The position numbers were made by a program, and so were the translations under genes. Below are positions 48,285 through 61,698 of a stretch of DNA of 64,000 bases, one piece after another. The notes under the pieces were generated by a model, which worked only from the letters and a program-made list of their open reading frames with translations, ran no database searches and was not told where the DNA came from. This DNA comes from Octopus bimaculoides (taxonomy: Eukaryota), in NCBI RefSeq assembly GCF_001194135.2, contig NC_068983.1, positions 69,502,819-69,566,818 of the forward strand, in the 5' to 3' direction. Numbering within the stretch: position 1 is the stretch's first letter; each line of letters opens with the position of its first letter.

Positions 48285-48541
48285 CAGGGTAATTAAAAAG
48301 TAACTCCCAATTTTAAAATACTTATAATTTATTTATTAACTATAATTTTTAGAAAATATGAATATCTGAAGAAAGCGTATAGCATGGAGTTTTATTTAAA
48401 ATTCGATATGGGCACCAGCTTCTCAAGCCACTCGGGAACCGCATCAACTGATTTCACCAGGAACTCTTGTTGGACGGAAGACAACTTCTCGTATAGTTAA
48501 TAAATAGATTATAAATAGAGAGTTACTTCTCAATCACCCTG
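48285..48541. mobile_element. Tc1-like MITE
   Basis: TIR CAGGGTAATTAAAAAGTAACTC vs reverse complement CAGGGTGATTGAGAAGTAACTC, subterminal inverted repeats, TA TSD. Confidence 0.75.
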
Positions 48542-48547
48542 TATATG

Positions 48548-48578
<31 letters not shown>

Positions 48579-49099
48579 GTATGTATTATTTGTATCAGTC
48601 ATTTGACTGCGGCCATGCTGGAGCACCGCCTTTAGTCGAACAAATCGACCCCAGTACTTATTCTTTGTNNNNNNNNNNNNNNNNNNNNNNNNNNNNNNNN
48701 NNNNNNNNNNNNNNNNNNNNNNNNNNNNNNNNNNNNNNNNNNNNNNNNNNNNNNNNNNNNNNNNNNNNNNNNNNNNNNNNNNNNNNNNNNNNNNNNNNNN
48801 NNNNNNNNNNNNNNNNNNNNNNNNNNNNNNNNNNNNNNNNNNNNNNNNNNNNNNNNNNNNNNNNNNNNNNNNNNNNNNNNNNNNNNNNNNNNNNNNNNNN
48901 NNNNNNNNNNNNNNNNNNNNNNNNNNNNNNNNNNNNNNNNNNNNNNNNNNNNNNNNNNNNNNNNNNNNNNNNNNNNNNNNNNNNNNNNNNNNNNNNNNNN
49001 NNNNNNNNNNNNNNNNNNNNNNNNNNNNNNNNNNNNNNNNNNNNNNNNNNNNNNNNNNNNNNNNNNNNNNNNNNNNNNNNNNNNNNNNNNNNNNNTATA

Positions 49100-49130
<31 letters not shown>

Positions 49131-49951
49131 TTCTTTTAACTTAAAGAATTTTAGCCGAATTAATCGTCCTCAGTACTTTTTTTTATTTTTAAAGCCTGAT
49201 ACTTATTCTATCGGTTTCTTTTGCCGAACTGCTAGGATACGGGGGACGCAAACGCATCGACACCGGTTGTCAAACGGTGGTGAGGGACAAACACACACAA
49301 AACTCTCTCTCACACACAGACACACACACGACAGGCTTTAGTCAACCAGAGACTATTGTAGAAGACATGTACCCACAGTGCTATGCAGTGGGACTGAACC
49401 CCGAACTACGTGGTTGAGAAGCAAGCTTCTTACCACAGTGACACCTGTGTATGTATGTGTGCGTGTGTATACATGCATATATGTATATATAAACACACAT
49501 ACACACACACGCATCGCAAAGACTTGCCTTTAATCCGATCGGGTAATTAAAATCTATTATTCTAGGGCGGTGGATTGGCAGAATTGTTAGAAAATATTTT
49601 GCGATGTCTGGCTCGGCCTTTTGCGTTCGGACAGCAACGCTTACGACAACACTGGATCCCTAGCTGAATCGGCCCCTAGTCAACAACTAGATAAAGATCG
49701 GTGGCGTGGAGAGGGGAGATAACTGTCACTCCTGAAATCATCAAGACCAGGCCTGCTTGATGCAATAGTCCCTTGCAGGTGAACTCAGAACGTAAAAAGC
49801 AAGACCAAATTCAGTAAAAGATGGCTTCTCAACTACGCGGTTTCGATTTCAGTCCTACTGCTTGGCATCTTGAGCATGTGTCATTTACTATAGAACTGTG
49901 CCGATCAATTCCTTGTGGGTGAATTCAGTTGACAGAAACTATGCTGAAGCT

Positions 49952-49991
<40 letters not shown>

Positions 49992-50452
49992 TCTCNNNNN
50001 NNNNNNNNNNNNNNNNNNNNNNNNNNNNNNNNNNNNNNNNNNNNNNNNNNNNNNNNNNNNNNNNNNNNNNNNNNNNNNNNNNNNNNNNNNNNNNNNNNNN
50101 NNNNNNNNNNNNNNNNNNNNNNNNNNCGGTTCGGTGAAAGAAAATCCAATGAAATAAGCACCAGACTTGAAACAAAAAAATTCTTCGGATGATCTATTCG
50201 GCTAAACCTGTCAAGGTGGTACTCCAGCACCGCCGCAATCCAATGTCTGAAACAAGTAAAAGAGAGAATAGAAGAACGAAGCAATTCCACCACACCAGCT
50301 GCTTTATCTTATAGAAACGATGAAAGACAAAGTCGAGTATGGCTCTTTGATGTTCAAACGTTAATCCATAACGCATGGTCTTGTTGCAATATTGTCTTCA
50401 GGTTCTTGCGTAAAAGGCATGTTTTTACCCTGTAAGGTATCACTACGGTTAT

Positions 50453-50483
<31 letters not shown>

Positions 50484-51131
50484 TCGCAATCCTACTATTG
50501 TTAGCTACAAGTGTTAAAAATATTATCCAGTATACTAATCGATAAATCCTGCACTTGTCGTTTCTGCTCACTGCACTATGTAGGTTTTGGCGTACACAGT
50601 ATGAATTTCTATTACATGATAATTATCCTGAACACTAGGTCTGAAAGTTTCGGCTGTTGTAAACATATGCCTAAGTCCCTTTTAAAGAACTAGAAAATTT
50701 CGCCTGTGCCTAATTAATTTTTGCTATTTTTTCCAGCCTTATAATTCAAGGTCAAAGATAGATAACTCCTTTTCCTTTTCACTTATTTCTGATTACTTTT
50801 CTTTTTCCGTTTTCCGTTTTTAACTTTCCACGTTTTCTATATGTTTTCTTCTCAACTTTTCGCGTTTCTTTCATTCAATTTCTAGTTCCTTATGCTATGT
50901 AATTTGTGCCTAATGTCTATGCGGAGATGTTACACATGCTATAATTCATTTTTTGGCATGTTCTCGGCCCAAGAAACTATTAGTAGCACATATAAACATG
51001 AATTGTGTCTATTAAATAATATTTGTCTCTCACAAGTTGGAGTACTTATTTTGTTGATCTTACCATCACGGAACTGTACATTATCTATCTATCAATCTAT
51101 CTATCTATAATTATAAGTTTTCACCGTAGAT

Positions 51132-51352
51132 ATTGGTTTCAAATTTTGGCATAAGGCAGCAAGTTCGGGTTGAAGGGGTGAGTCGATTACATTGATCCCA
51201 GTGTTAAACTGGGGATTATTTTATCCACACCGAAAGGATGAGAGGCACAGAATTTGAACGTGGCAGAATTTGAACGCGGAACGTAAAGGCGGACGAAATG
51301 CTGCTAAGCATTTTTCCCGGCGTTGCTAACATTTCTTCCTGCTTGCTGCCTT
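51132..51352 (-). mobile_element. SINE family A copy (left member of inverted pair)
   Basis: Reverse complement of the family A consensus. Confidence 0.75.
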
Positions 51353-51384
51353 CTTTCACCGTATATACTGACTATAGAAGATTA

Positions 51385-51602
51385 ACGCGGCAAGCTGGCA
51401 GAATCGTTAGTACGCCGGGCAAAATGCTTAGCGGTATTTCGTCCGTTTTTACGTTCTGAGTTTAAATTCCGCCGAGATCGGCTTTGCCTTTCATCCTTTC
51501 GGAGTCGATAAATTAAGTACCAGCGCAACATTGGGGTCAGTGTATTCGATCAGTCCCCTTCCCACAAAATTTCAGGCCTTGTGTATTTAGTAGAAAGGAT
51601 AT
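51385..51602 (+). mobile_element. SINE family A copy (right member of inverted pair)
   Basis: Full head, core and tail; CpGs retained. Confidence 0.8.
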
Positions 51603-54600
51603 TGATTATAGAAAATAGTCTTAATATTGGGGCGTAAATAGCCACGAGGGGGAAAAATGGCTATTAGTAGTCGGAATTGAACCAGGACTTCTTATTTTCG
51701 CGATGATTATGCTACGTATTTACATCAACTAAACCATCCAGTTCTCTCCCGCTTAAATTTAAGGTCTATGATTTCATTATATTTACAAAATGTTCACTCG
51801 TCACCGTTTCTTAACTTACGTAAGACATGCATACATACAGACAGCAAACATAGAGACAAAGTGATTGATTGATAGGAAGACGGTAGTTTCGATCTATGGA
51901 CCTCTGGGTTATGGGCCTAGCACGCTTCTATTGCGTTACTCTACTCAGCGAGTGTTTAAGTCAATATATAATGTATCATTTCTTATATTGTCTGTTCTGG
52001 GTTACATTACTTCTCTTACATCATCAATCATATGTTATTTAGTTATTATTTATTTATTTATTTCTATGCATTGGACTGTTTCAAACGAACGAAATATAGT
52101 AACTACACAATGCATATTGCAGCACTGGGATGTTAATTTACTTGCTGAAAGGGGACATATCGCTCTGACAATACTTCGAGAGTCACATTTGACGAACCAC
52201 ATACATAGATCATTGCGTTGCAAATTTCACTGGATGTCACTTTATATTCCATTTTCAGATCAGCCAGAAGCAAATCAATTCTTTATGTTTCCCCAGCGCA
52301 GCATAGCAATCGAGCTTGCTAGTTCCTACTATTGTAAATTATAATAATGTTGTCTTACAATTGTTAACAATACTATTGTTACTCTACCATTGTTATTCAT
52401 AATATTGAGTTCAAACTTTAGCACAAGGCCAGTAATTTTAGGTAGGGGATAAGTTGATTACATTGACCCCAGTGTTCAACGATTTGAATTTAGTGTAATG
52501 AAATTCCCCAAGACATTTTGTCCTAGGCTGCTTCGTTTCAAGTGATCACCCACCCATCTTTTTTTATCATGTAAGTAAATGCAATATCAGCAACCCTCTT
52601 CTAGGCTTTGCAGCTGAGTGCGATCAAGTGAGGAAAATATCCTCTAATCGGAGACCTTGCCCGAATGTTTAAACCGGGTGATTTATTGGTTTCAAAATTT
52701 TGCACAAGGCCAGTAATTTTGGGGGAGTGAGTAAGTCGATTACATCGACCCAAGTGCTCAACTGGTACTTCAATAAAACTAAAGAGTTAATGAACATTGT
52801 ATTTTATGCCATTAACTGTTATAGCGACTGATATCTGAGCGAAATTATGTATTTGTGTACAAACGTGTGTGAACGAATTTTTGTCGTATTTCATTTTCGG
52901 TTATTGAGCTATAACTCACCCGCCATATGACATGCTGAATAGAGCGGCCGGATATCACGCTTACTGTCCAAATGATAGAAAATCGAAATCAAAACTAAAC
53001 AAATTAATTATTCAATGAATAAAACGATACTTTTCACCTGGTTAATAGCTAATGACGCCAACGTTAGGCCTTGTAAGTTCCAGTTTCTGATATCTCAGAG
53101 CAAACAATCAAGAAAGCAGATTTGATAAGGCAGAGACTCCTTAATATTGGTGGTTAGACATTAAGGGTAGGTATATGTTATTTTTAAATATTTTTTTATG
53201 GCAGTCGAACAACAGCATATGACATATTTTCACTGCCCCAGAGACTAACATTACAAATGTTTTAGTCCAACGGAGTAGATCTTTTCATTGAAATATTCAT
53301 CAGTACCGATTGTAAATATATTGTATTTTACCGATTGTAGAATACCAAAAGCACACAAAACAAGCAAAAAGACAAGAAGAAAAAATATTGAATCACAATG
53401 AACACATACAGCAACAACAACAAGGAACATTTAAAAGAACACGTAATTGGAAAAGAAATTATTTTGAACAGATTAAAAAATGATAGAATAACTACAATAG
53501 GATAAATACACAGACAAATATGTTGGTCCAGGAAGATTATGAACATAGTCGCAGTTTGAGCCAATTTTTCCTCTGACGTTACACAGGAAAAGATATTAGG
53601 CTAGATAAAGTTTTCGGAAGAAGAGTCGTTGTGTATTGTGTATACTTAGTGCATGTAATCCAAAAGAGGGTAAAAAGAGAACAAATTTATCTGTGTTTTA
53701 AGAAACAACGTTTTACACCTCTTTTGGAAACAAAAGTTTCTGAAAGAGGCATCATACGAAATATTGGTAAATTGACCACTTAAAATTTACATGACTATCT
53801 GCTGTGCTTTCAGGACAGAGAACACAACAAGAAATTTAGATTGAAACAATCTGATATATCGTCGAATCTTAATATATGATGTTTTGCTTTGATAAGTTTC
53901 TGTATTAGATATGATTGCAAATGCTTATTTTTCTGAAGCTAATGGAATACTCTTGTAACATTTGTCGTTAGTAACAGAGATAAATAGGTAGGATGTTAGC
54001 ATCAACTTTGGTTCTTCGATTATGACACAATGCTTATTACACAATGCAAACATTCATCTTGACACGTATTCCCGATTTTTCATGAAAGAGGATTGACAAA
54101 TTGTTTCCTAGTATAGTATAACACAGTACAGAGATGTCACAACACTGCAACGACCCTGTAGATCAGTTGTTCTTAAGCTGGAAGTTGCGCTCTCTGGGGG
54201 TCGTTGTGAACTTACAAGGGGTCGGTAAATATCAAGGAAACGTTATGAGTGGCAGGTAGCGGGGTCGTTGTTTCCCCCCAGTCAGGTGATAACCATCTCT
54301 CATGTTCCTACTAATCATGCAAGTCCTGAAAAGAGTCATGAATATTTTCTTTTCCCTTCTGATTAAACCATTAAAAATATATCGATATTTTACACCCATT
54401 TTAAAGAGTTTGATTACATTTCATGTGTGCTAATTAGGCATGCAAGTAGCGAATCCTGTAGAACAAACAGTTTGCTCTTGATGGAATCAGCCAGTTAGCT
54501 TCATTTCCCAAGCGAAACTGCTATTGCTCCAGAGAAGTATATTAGTGTTATAGCATTGCATTTCTGTCTATCACTATGACATGGCTTTTGTATTTATGAT

Positions 54601-55083
54601 TGAGATAAAAATAATGCCTAGTAAAACAATTTCCATGAAGTTCTTTGCTAAATGATTCTCTTCCTTATTAGTCTTTATCGTTGTCTAGTTCCGTTAGTGG
54701 ATCATTGGAATAACCCAGTATCAGTTTTCATCTTCAACGTAAACTTCTTTTTCTGCTCGACAATTACTGGATTTCTCCCAGATGATTCTACCATTTTATA
54801 GATATCAACGTGCTTTATAGGTCAGGATTATCAGCGAAGAAGACTACTACAGTAGTTTACACTAGTATTGACTTAAAGTAGTGAATCGAGTTTAACTGTT
54901 TTGAAAGGTTAAGATATTTTTAAATTCGTTAGGGATAAGATATAAGAAGTTGCGATGCCATTAAGTTTTCCCTTGAAAGGCAACGACATCATGAAGAAAA
55001 TGAAAAGGGTTTAGCTGGAAATCGAAAACGGGTCACGCACCCAGATGGTCTGAAGAATATCATTCCATAAACCCAAGGCCGGA

Positions 55084-55511
55084 TATATTGATGAGAAGGA
55101 ATAAGCTATCATTAAACCCAATATATTTCGCACGTCGCTACGTTCTGAGTTCAAATTCCGCCGAGGTCGACTTTGCCTTTCATCCTTTCGGGGTCGATAA
55201 ATTAAGTACCAGTTACTAACTGGAGTCGATCTAATCGACTGCCCCCCAACCTTCCAAAAAATTTCGGGCCTTATGCCTAGAGTAGAAAAGTATATTGATG
55301 AGAAGGAATAACATATCATTAAACCCAATATATTTCGCACGTCGCTACGTTCTGAGTTCAAACTCCGCCGAGGCCGACTTTGCCTTTCATCTTTTCGAAA
55401 TCGATAAATTAAGTACCAGTGAAATTCTGGAAGGTCGATGTAATTGACTAGTTCCCTCCTCCAAAACTTCAGGCCTTGTACCTATAATAGAAAGGATATT
55501 AAACCCAATAT
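55084..55511 (+). repeat. Tandem pair of 5'-truncated SINE A copies with duplicated flank (207-bp period)
   Basis: TATATTGATGAGAAGGAATAA at 55084 and 55291; ATTAAACCCAATAT occurs three times. Confidence 0.8.
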
Positions 55512-58363
55512 TAGACTAGTATTTATTTTAGCAGCAGTAGATTGATGAAAGCAAAGTCGACTTTAATGTAAAATATTTTGACCGGCGTTTTAACAATCCT
55601 AAACTATAATGACAGGCGAAATGAGGTGTTGTGATATTCATGTGTGTCCTAGAATTTCAGATTTGATCTGCGAAGGGAAATAATAATTAGACGACAATTT
55701 CAACATATATCTAACACATCACAGATTATATGGAGAGAAATTCCATCTAATAAATTATTTCTAGTCATGTGTTAAGATATACAAATGAATCCAATAGCAG
55801 TATAATGCGTTATATAATTTTACTTATATTCCAAATGGTACATTTATATCACCTGATGATAAATTCTGGGGAGTGCCTGATGTGTGTGTGTGTGTGTGTG
55901 TGTATGAAAAAAATGGATATAGTTTGACCTCAGAGAAATTATATGATTCTGACAGTACCATTTTTGAAAGAGATTCAACCTCGTCGAAATTGCGCTCTTT
56001 TCTTTAAATTCCTTGCACATACATCATCATTCCTATAACACAGTTGAATCAGAAACACCGATTGCAGTAGTAATCTGAGTAGTAATAGCAGTAGTTTTCT
56101 TGATTCCATTATATATGAAGTCCCCTGAGCGAGACATTTTCGTCGTAGTTATACTGTAGTAACAAGGTCATGTTGTTTACATTTTATATTCCTCTCGAGA
56201 ATTACTCCAGATTCATAACCTCAATGATTTTGCTTTTCATACTGCAATAAATAGTCTGTAACGCACACCGAACTAGGATTAGTTTTCAGGTTGTTTTAAA
56301 AAATTCATTTCATTGGGAAACGAATTTTTATTTATGTACTTAATTTCTGTTCTAAAACTATGTTTAGTTCTGCCTGAAAATTATGTATAGTTTCTGTTTT
56401 TACATCCATTAGGTTATCGTCACGTGCACACAGTCGAATGTTTTGACACATGATCAATCACCAAGTTATAGACGGAGGTTTGTAGATTTATATTTCCCTT
56501 TACATTTCCACGTGTCCCAGATTTTCCTGTTGTTTGTTTGGGTGAAAAAGTAATTCATTTTGCAATAGTATGTCATGTTATATCATCGAATTTCGAAAAG
56601 ACTTGTCTTCAAGAATTAAATAAATAATCAAAAACATCTTAAGAATATTTTTAATCGCAATTGCCTCACCTTTGTAGAAAAGAGTGTGAACATTAATTGG
56701 CATTTATACTTTCTACAACACCTGAAAATCTTTAAGTGAAGCGACATATTACGACCGGAAATAGAAATCGATTTGTGAGGTAGGATATCTGAAACTTAAG
56801 ATATTAACATCATGGCAAAAATATTTAACTGGGATGGGAATTATCCCAGAAGAAATAGTCAACTTTCCTGAAACTTATACCTTTTCGATGTAATCGTAAA
56901 GTTGCACAGGGTGTGCTTGTGTTCTGCTCTCGTTACTACAAAAACATGAATTTAAAAACGATATAATTCATTTTAATTTAACAATGCTTTAGAAGAACTA
57001 TCTATGCATATTCAGCGTATTTTCTGAAGCAATTCAATTTTTACCACACCAGTCGATGCAGTGTTAAACATTTATTAAATGATTCTTCCAGCACTACTTT
57101 GGCAATATGGCGAATTCCGTATCGTTGATGAGATTATAATAAGGCTGAAGCATATCTTGAATTACCTCCTGTATTTGTCAAAATAATCCACAAAATATTT
57201 TTCACTGATCAATGTTGGTTTTTCGTCAACGTAAAATAATTTCTAGTTAGTCTTTTAATACTCTCTACATAAAAACATTAATATTCATTTAAACATAGAA
57301 TAAAATAATTAATCTTTCATCGATTATCTTCTTATCTAGTTATTTATGTGCACCACTACCACTGTCTCACCTATCCTCTCCAGCATATCCTATCATCAAA
57401 AGATAAAATCCTTTGTTTTAATTCCATTTGTTTGCTTCATTGATTATTTCAGTGTCTGCTCTGGTATCTTAGAAATTACAGAGGTTAGGAAATCCGATTC
57501 TTTTGAATCAATTATTACTAAACAAAATAATAAAAAAAAAATTATTATTTCAAATGTGTCTTTTCAGCAAGATATTTTTATATTAACTACAATAATGGTT
57601 AATGTCTTATGATTAGTGAACTACGGGTTATATATGAGAAATGAAATACTTCCAACACAAATAAATGTGATAATAAAGGGAAAAAAACAATCTATTTGTA
57701 CTTTATATATTTTATCATCATTATTACAATAATAAAATAGTACTATAAAAAATAACGTGACCCGTAAAAATTGTCTATTATATAAACGTTATTTCTGTTT
57801 TTAAGCGAATATTTATAGATCATCATGACATTGTTTCATTATATTAAAGATTTCGATTATTTCTTTGATTTCGTTCTATAGCTAAGGTTATTCAAAATGT
57901 AACACTCGAATTTGTTTCATTTCGTTCCAGAGTTAAAATTGCTAAAAGCGTGACGCTCGAATACATACCATAACAAGCAGAATGAAGCTATATATATTTA
58001 AGACAGTGACTGACGGCAATATTTCAAGCAGTGAGTAACGCATTTAAATATAACGTTTAGTCAAAGACCTTACCGTTTGAATCCAAATCTCACCGGAGGC
58101 GACTTTACAACTTCTCCTCCTGCGGTCAGTCAACTGGTGCTTAATCTTCTTGTCTTAACACCTCTCACAAAACTTCAGACCTTCTGCTTATGTCAAAAGC
58201 AATTATTAAGGGGAAGGATTGGTAGAATCATTAGAAGTTCAGACAAAATGCTTTGAGGTTCTGTGCCTATAGTAGAAAGAATAATAACGATGATGACGAT
58301 GATGACGATGATGATAATAATAATAGTTTATGTAGGACTGAAGTAACTCAACAGAAGTTTTTA

Positions 58364-58595
58364 TAGATATAGAGAGTAGAGTTCTTTACTTGTATACGAT
58401 TGACACAATCCATCACTAAGGTAAACATAGCTGACGTAATCCATCACCAAGGCAAACTTAACCAAAAAATGTTGCTTTCGAGTCGCGCTTTTCGTCATTA
58501 AGTTTGCCTTGGTGATGGATTGCGTCAGCTATGTTTACCTTAGTGATGGATTGTGTCAATCGTATACAAGCAAAGAACTCTACTCTCTATATCTA
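58364..58595. repeat. 98-bp near-perfect inverted repeat (palindromic MITE)
   Basis: Arms 58364-58461 and 58498-58595, 2 mismatches, 36-nt loop, TA ends. Confidence 0.92.
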
Positions 58596-58629
58596 ATAAT
58601 AATAATGATAATAATAATAGTAATAATAA

Positions 58630-59750
58630 GAGGACTGGATGTTGCGTCTTGTTTGCAAACACGAAAACAGCAAAAAATCCCATTCTATCGTTAAGGAAAC
58701 CTGCGAATTCGTAAGGGAACTTGGTATTAATCCTGAAATATCTGAAGAACCTGAAACCACTGCCACAAAACAAGCAAATGGACCAAGCAGACAGTAAAAC
58801 AGAACGGACAGAAACAAATTGAGGAGCGGGGGTGCCAGAAGCCTCTGCATGGATGGTAAATTCTTCGGAGTCAAAATGTTGATGTAGATCAAGCAACAAC
58901 CCCTCAGTGGCTGAGAAGTTCAGGACTGAAAGCAGAGACAGAAAGTTTCATATTGGCGGTACAAGACCAAAGCTTGCTCACAAAAAACTACCAGGCTAAC
59001 GTTCTTCAAAACGGTTCTGACCCTAACTGCAGATTTTGCGACACATTTGACGGAGCAATAGACCATCTTGTCTCAGGATGTCCTGTGCTGACACCAAACG
59101 AATACAAAAATCTCCACGATAAGGTAGGACAGTATTTACACTGGAAAATATGTAGACACTAAAAAATCAGCAGGAGTGCTTACTGGTATGAACATCATCC
59201 TGAGCCAGTCGTTGAAGGTTAAAATGTCACTATCCTTTGGGATTTTCCAGTCAACCCTGACAGAGCGATCCAAACTTATCGACCAGACATAATCATTTAA
59301 GACAGGAAAAAAATACTTGTAGACTAATAGATGTTAGTGTTCCCACTGATAAAAATATATCTGTAAAGGAATTTGATAAACTAAGAAAATATAAGGACCT
59401 GGAAATTGAAATATAAAAGATGTAGCATCTTAAAACGAGAATTGTTCCTGTTATTGTACGTGCCCTTGGTATGATAAAAAAAGGGATGTCAAAAACATCT
59501 AGATAAGATCCCAGGAGAACCATGTCTCACAGAAATCGCCCCCCAAAATTGTACTGACAAGTACTTCCCACATGCTTAGAAAAACCCTATCCATTTAAAT
59601 GTCTGTGATGTATTACATGAAGCTATTCCGCTACTTCCGCTCCCCAAGCTTTCAGTCATACAGTAACATCTCTTATCCTTCACTCGCCCCAGGACACTGG
59701 ATGTGTCTCGGTAAGTGACTGTAACAAACATGCAGATTAAAAGTAAAAAA
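58630..59750 (+). mobile_element. R4/Dong-like non-LTR retrotransposon, 5'-truncated, with RLE endonuclease
   Basis: Decayed frame: WLRSSGLKAETESFILAVQDQSL, CCHC knuckle CRFC....IDHLVSGC, LHDKV, WDFPV...RPDIII, LIDVSVP, KYKDL, VPVIVRALG; stop at about 59598 followed by 3' UTR. Confidence 0.85.
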
Positions 59751-59850
59751 AAATCATTTCTACTATAGGCACAAGGCCTGAAATTTTAGGGGAGGGGGAA
59801 TCGATTACATCGATTCCAGTACGCAACTGGTACTTATTTTACTGACCCCG

Positions 59851-61697
59851 ATACCTGGCGACTGTGCCTGTGCGTGTCGGCCTAGGCCTTGGCTTCCTCA
59901 GGTGGTTTATCGCTTTGTATCACAACATTGACTCGATAGTTCGGGTGAATGGTTTCCTTTCGAAGCCGTTCTGCATCAGGCGCTCGGTTCGTCAAGGATG
60001 TCCGCTCTCACCACTTTTGTATGTGGTGGCTCTTGAGCCCCTACTGCGGAGGTTGAGTGGCATCCCGAGAGAACCAGGTTTAAAGGAGTTTGTTACAGTT
60101 TACGCGGACGATATCACTATCAGCGTAACCACAGTAGCANNNNNNNNNNNNNNNNNNNNNNNNNNNNNNNNNNNNNNNNNNNNNNNNNNNNNNNNNNNNN
60201 NNNNNNNNNNNNNNNNNNNNNNNNNNNNNNNNNNNNNNNNNNNNNNNNNNNNNNNNNNNNNNNNNNNNNNNNNNNNNNNNNNNNNNNNNNNNNNNNNNNN
60301 NNNNNNNNNNNNNNNNNNNNNNNNNNNNNNNNNNNNNNNNNNNNNNNNNNNNNNNNNNNNNNNNNNNNNNNNNNCGAGCAGGGTGGCTGCAGTAGTCAAG
60401 ACTTGGTCTTGGCGGTGGCTATCCCTGAAAGGGAGGGCAGAGGTGGGCAATGTGTTTATCGCAGCGGTCATTACCTACCACCTGACCGTCGTGCCCTGTC
60501 CGTATTCGTGGTTGATCAGGTTGGAGAGACAACTCTTTCAATTTTTGTGGAAGGGCAGGTCACTACTTGTGAAACGCTCTGTCTGTTGTCAAAAGCCGTT
60601 AAAGGGAGGTTTAGGGATGCCTTGGTTAATAATGCGCAGGTATGTGTTGAAGTTGAGGCATCTCTGGATTCTCCTGGATGATGAACGGGTGCGGTCTCCA
60701 CTGGCCAGACAAATGTTTCCCGAGTTCAAAAGTTTTTACGAACAGGAAGCCTGGTGTTTTCGTAGACCGAGTTCGAGTAAATGGCATAAAGAGTGCCGTA
60801 AGGCCCTCTTGCTATTCCGGCGCTCGGGCAACGCCAGCGGTGGGGACTCTCCACGAATTTTATATAGTGAGTTGGTAGAGTCTGAATGTGACGATGGCCT
60901 GGGGGTGACTAGGTCTCGGGTGTATTTAACTGGACAGCCTGTTCCATCGTACATTCAGGTTGAGAACGTTGGACAACTTCCAAAAGTCCTTGACCTGGCA
61001 ATGTTACAGAGGTGCCTTGCCCGTTTGGGATAAGCTCACAAGACATGGTAAGCGTCAGTCTCCGACCTGTCCAAGATGCTGGGGAGACAGGGAAACCGTC
61101 CTTTATGCCATTGTCCAGTGTCCGGAGATAACTGAGATGTGGGTTTATGCTGAACACCAGTTGTCCGGCGAAGGAAGAGTACGGCTGTCGACTGAGTCAA
61201 TTATAAAAATTGATCCACCGGGAGTTTTAACAAACGAAGGTAAGAATTGTTTTCTCACGGTTGTAGCAATAGCGAAAGAAGCAGTAAAGAAGACTAGGAT
61301 AAAAGGAATTAAGACAGGCAACTTTATCTCTGGCCACAGGTTACGTTCATTTTTTACTTTTCATTTGAAAGGGAAGATGTGGCTGTCGGAGAGTATGTTC
61401 TAAAAGGGATGGAAGCATGTTGCACGAGTGTTGTGCGTGCAAGGAACTGTGTGAATAGGCTATAAAAGAAGAAGAAAAAAAAGGTACCAGTGATAGATCG
61501 GGGCTTGTGGGGTTGGAGCGTGGCTTGATCATCGCTACATTTGTGTTGTCTCTGTATTGTTAATTTCATTCGATTTTCTTTTAATATTTTATATAATTTT
61601 TATATTCATATTCTATGTAAAATCATAAGGTACTTCTGATTCCAATCAATTGTTTTGTCCATTTCTGTGTTTAGCCCCCTGTGGGCAATAAAGAAAT
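59851..61697 (+). mobile_element. L1/Tx1-clade LINE ORF2, 5'-truncated, with 3' UTR
   Basis: RT motifs VRQGCPLSPLLY and YADD; LSLKGR, FLWKG and GGLGMP; zf-RVT CPRC...ETVLYAIVQC; frameshift and stop; 3' UTR ending AATAAAGAAAT. Confidence 0.88.
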
Positions 61698-61698
61698 T

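Noticed and set aside
54164-54280. hAT-like MITE start (CAGTTGTTCTTAAGCTGG...GGGGTCG)
   Set aside because: No matching opposite terminus or 8-bp TSD was found.
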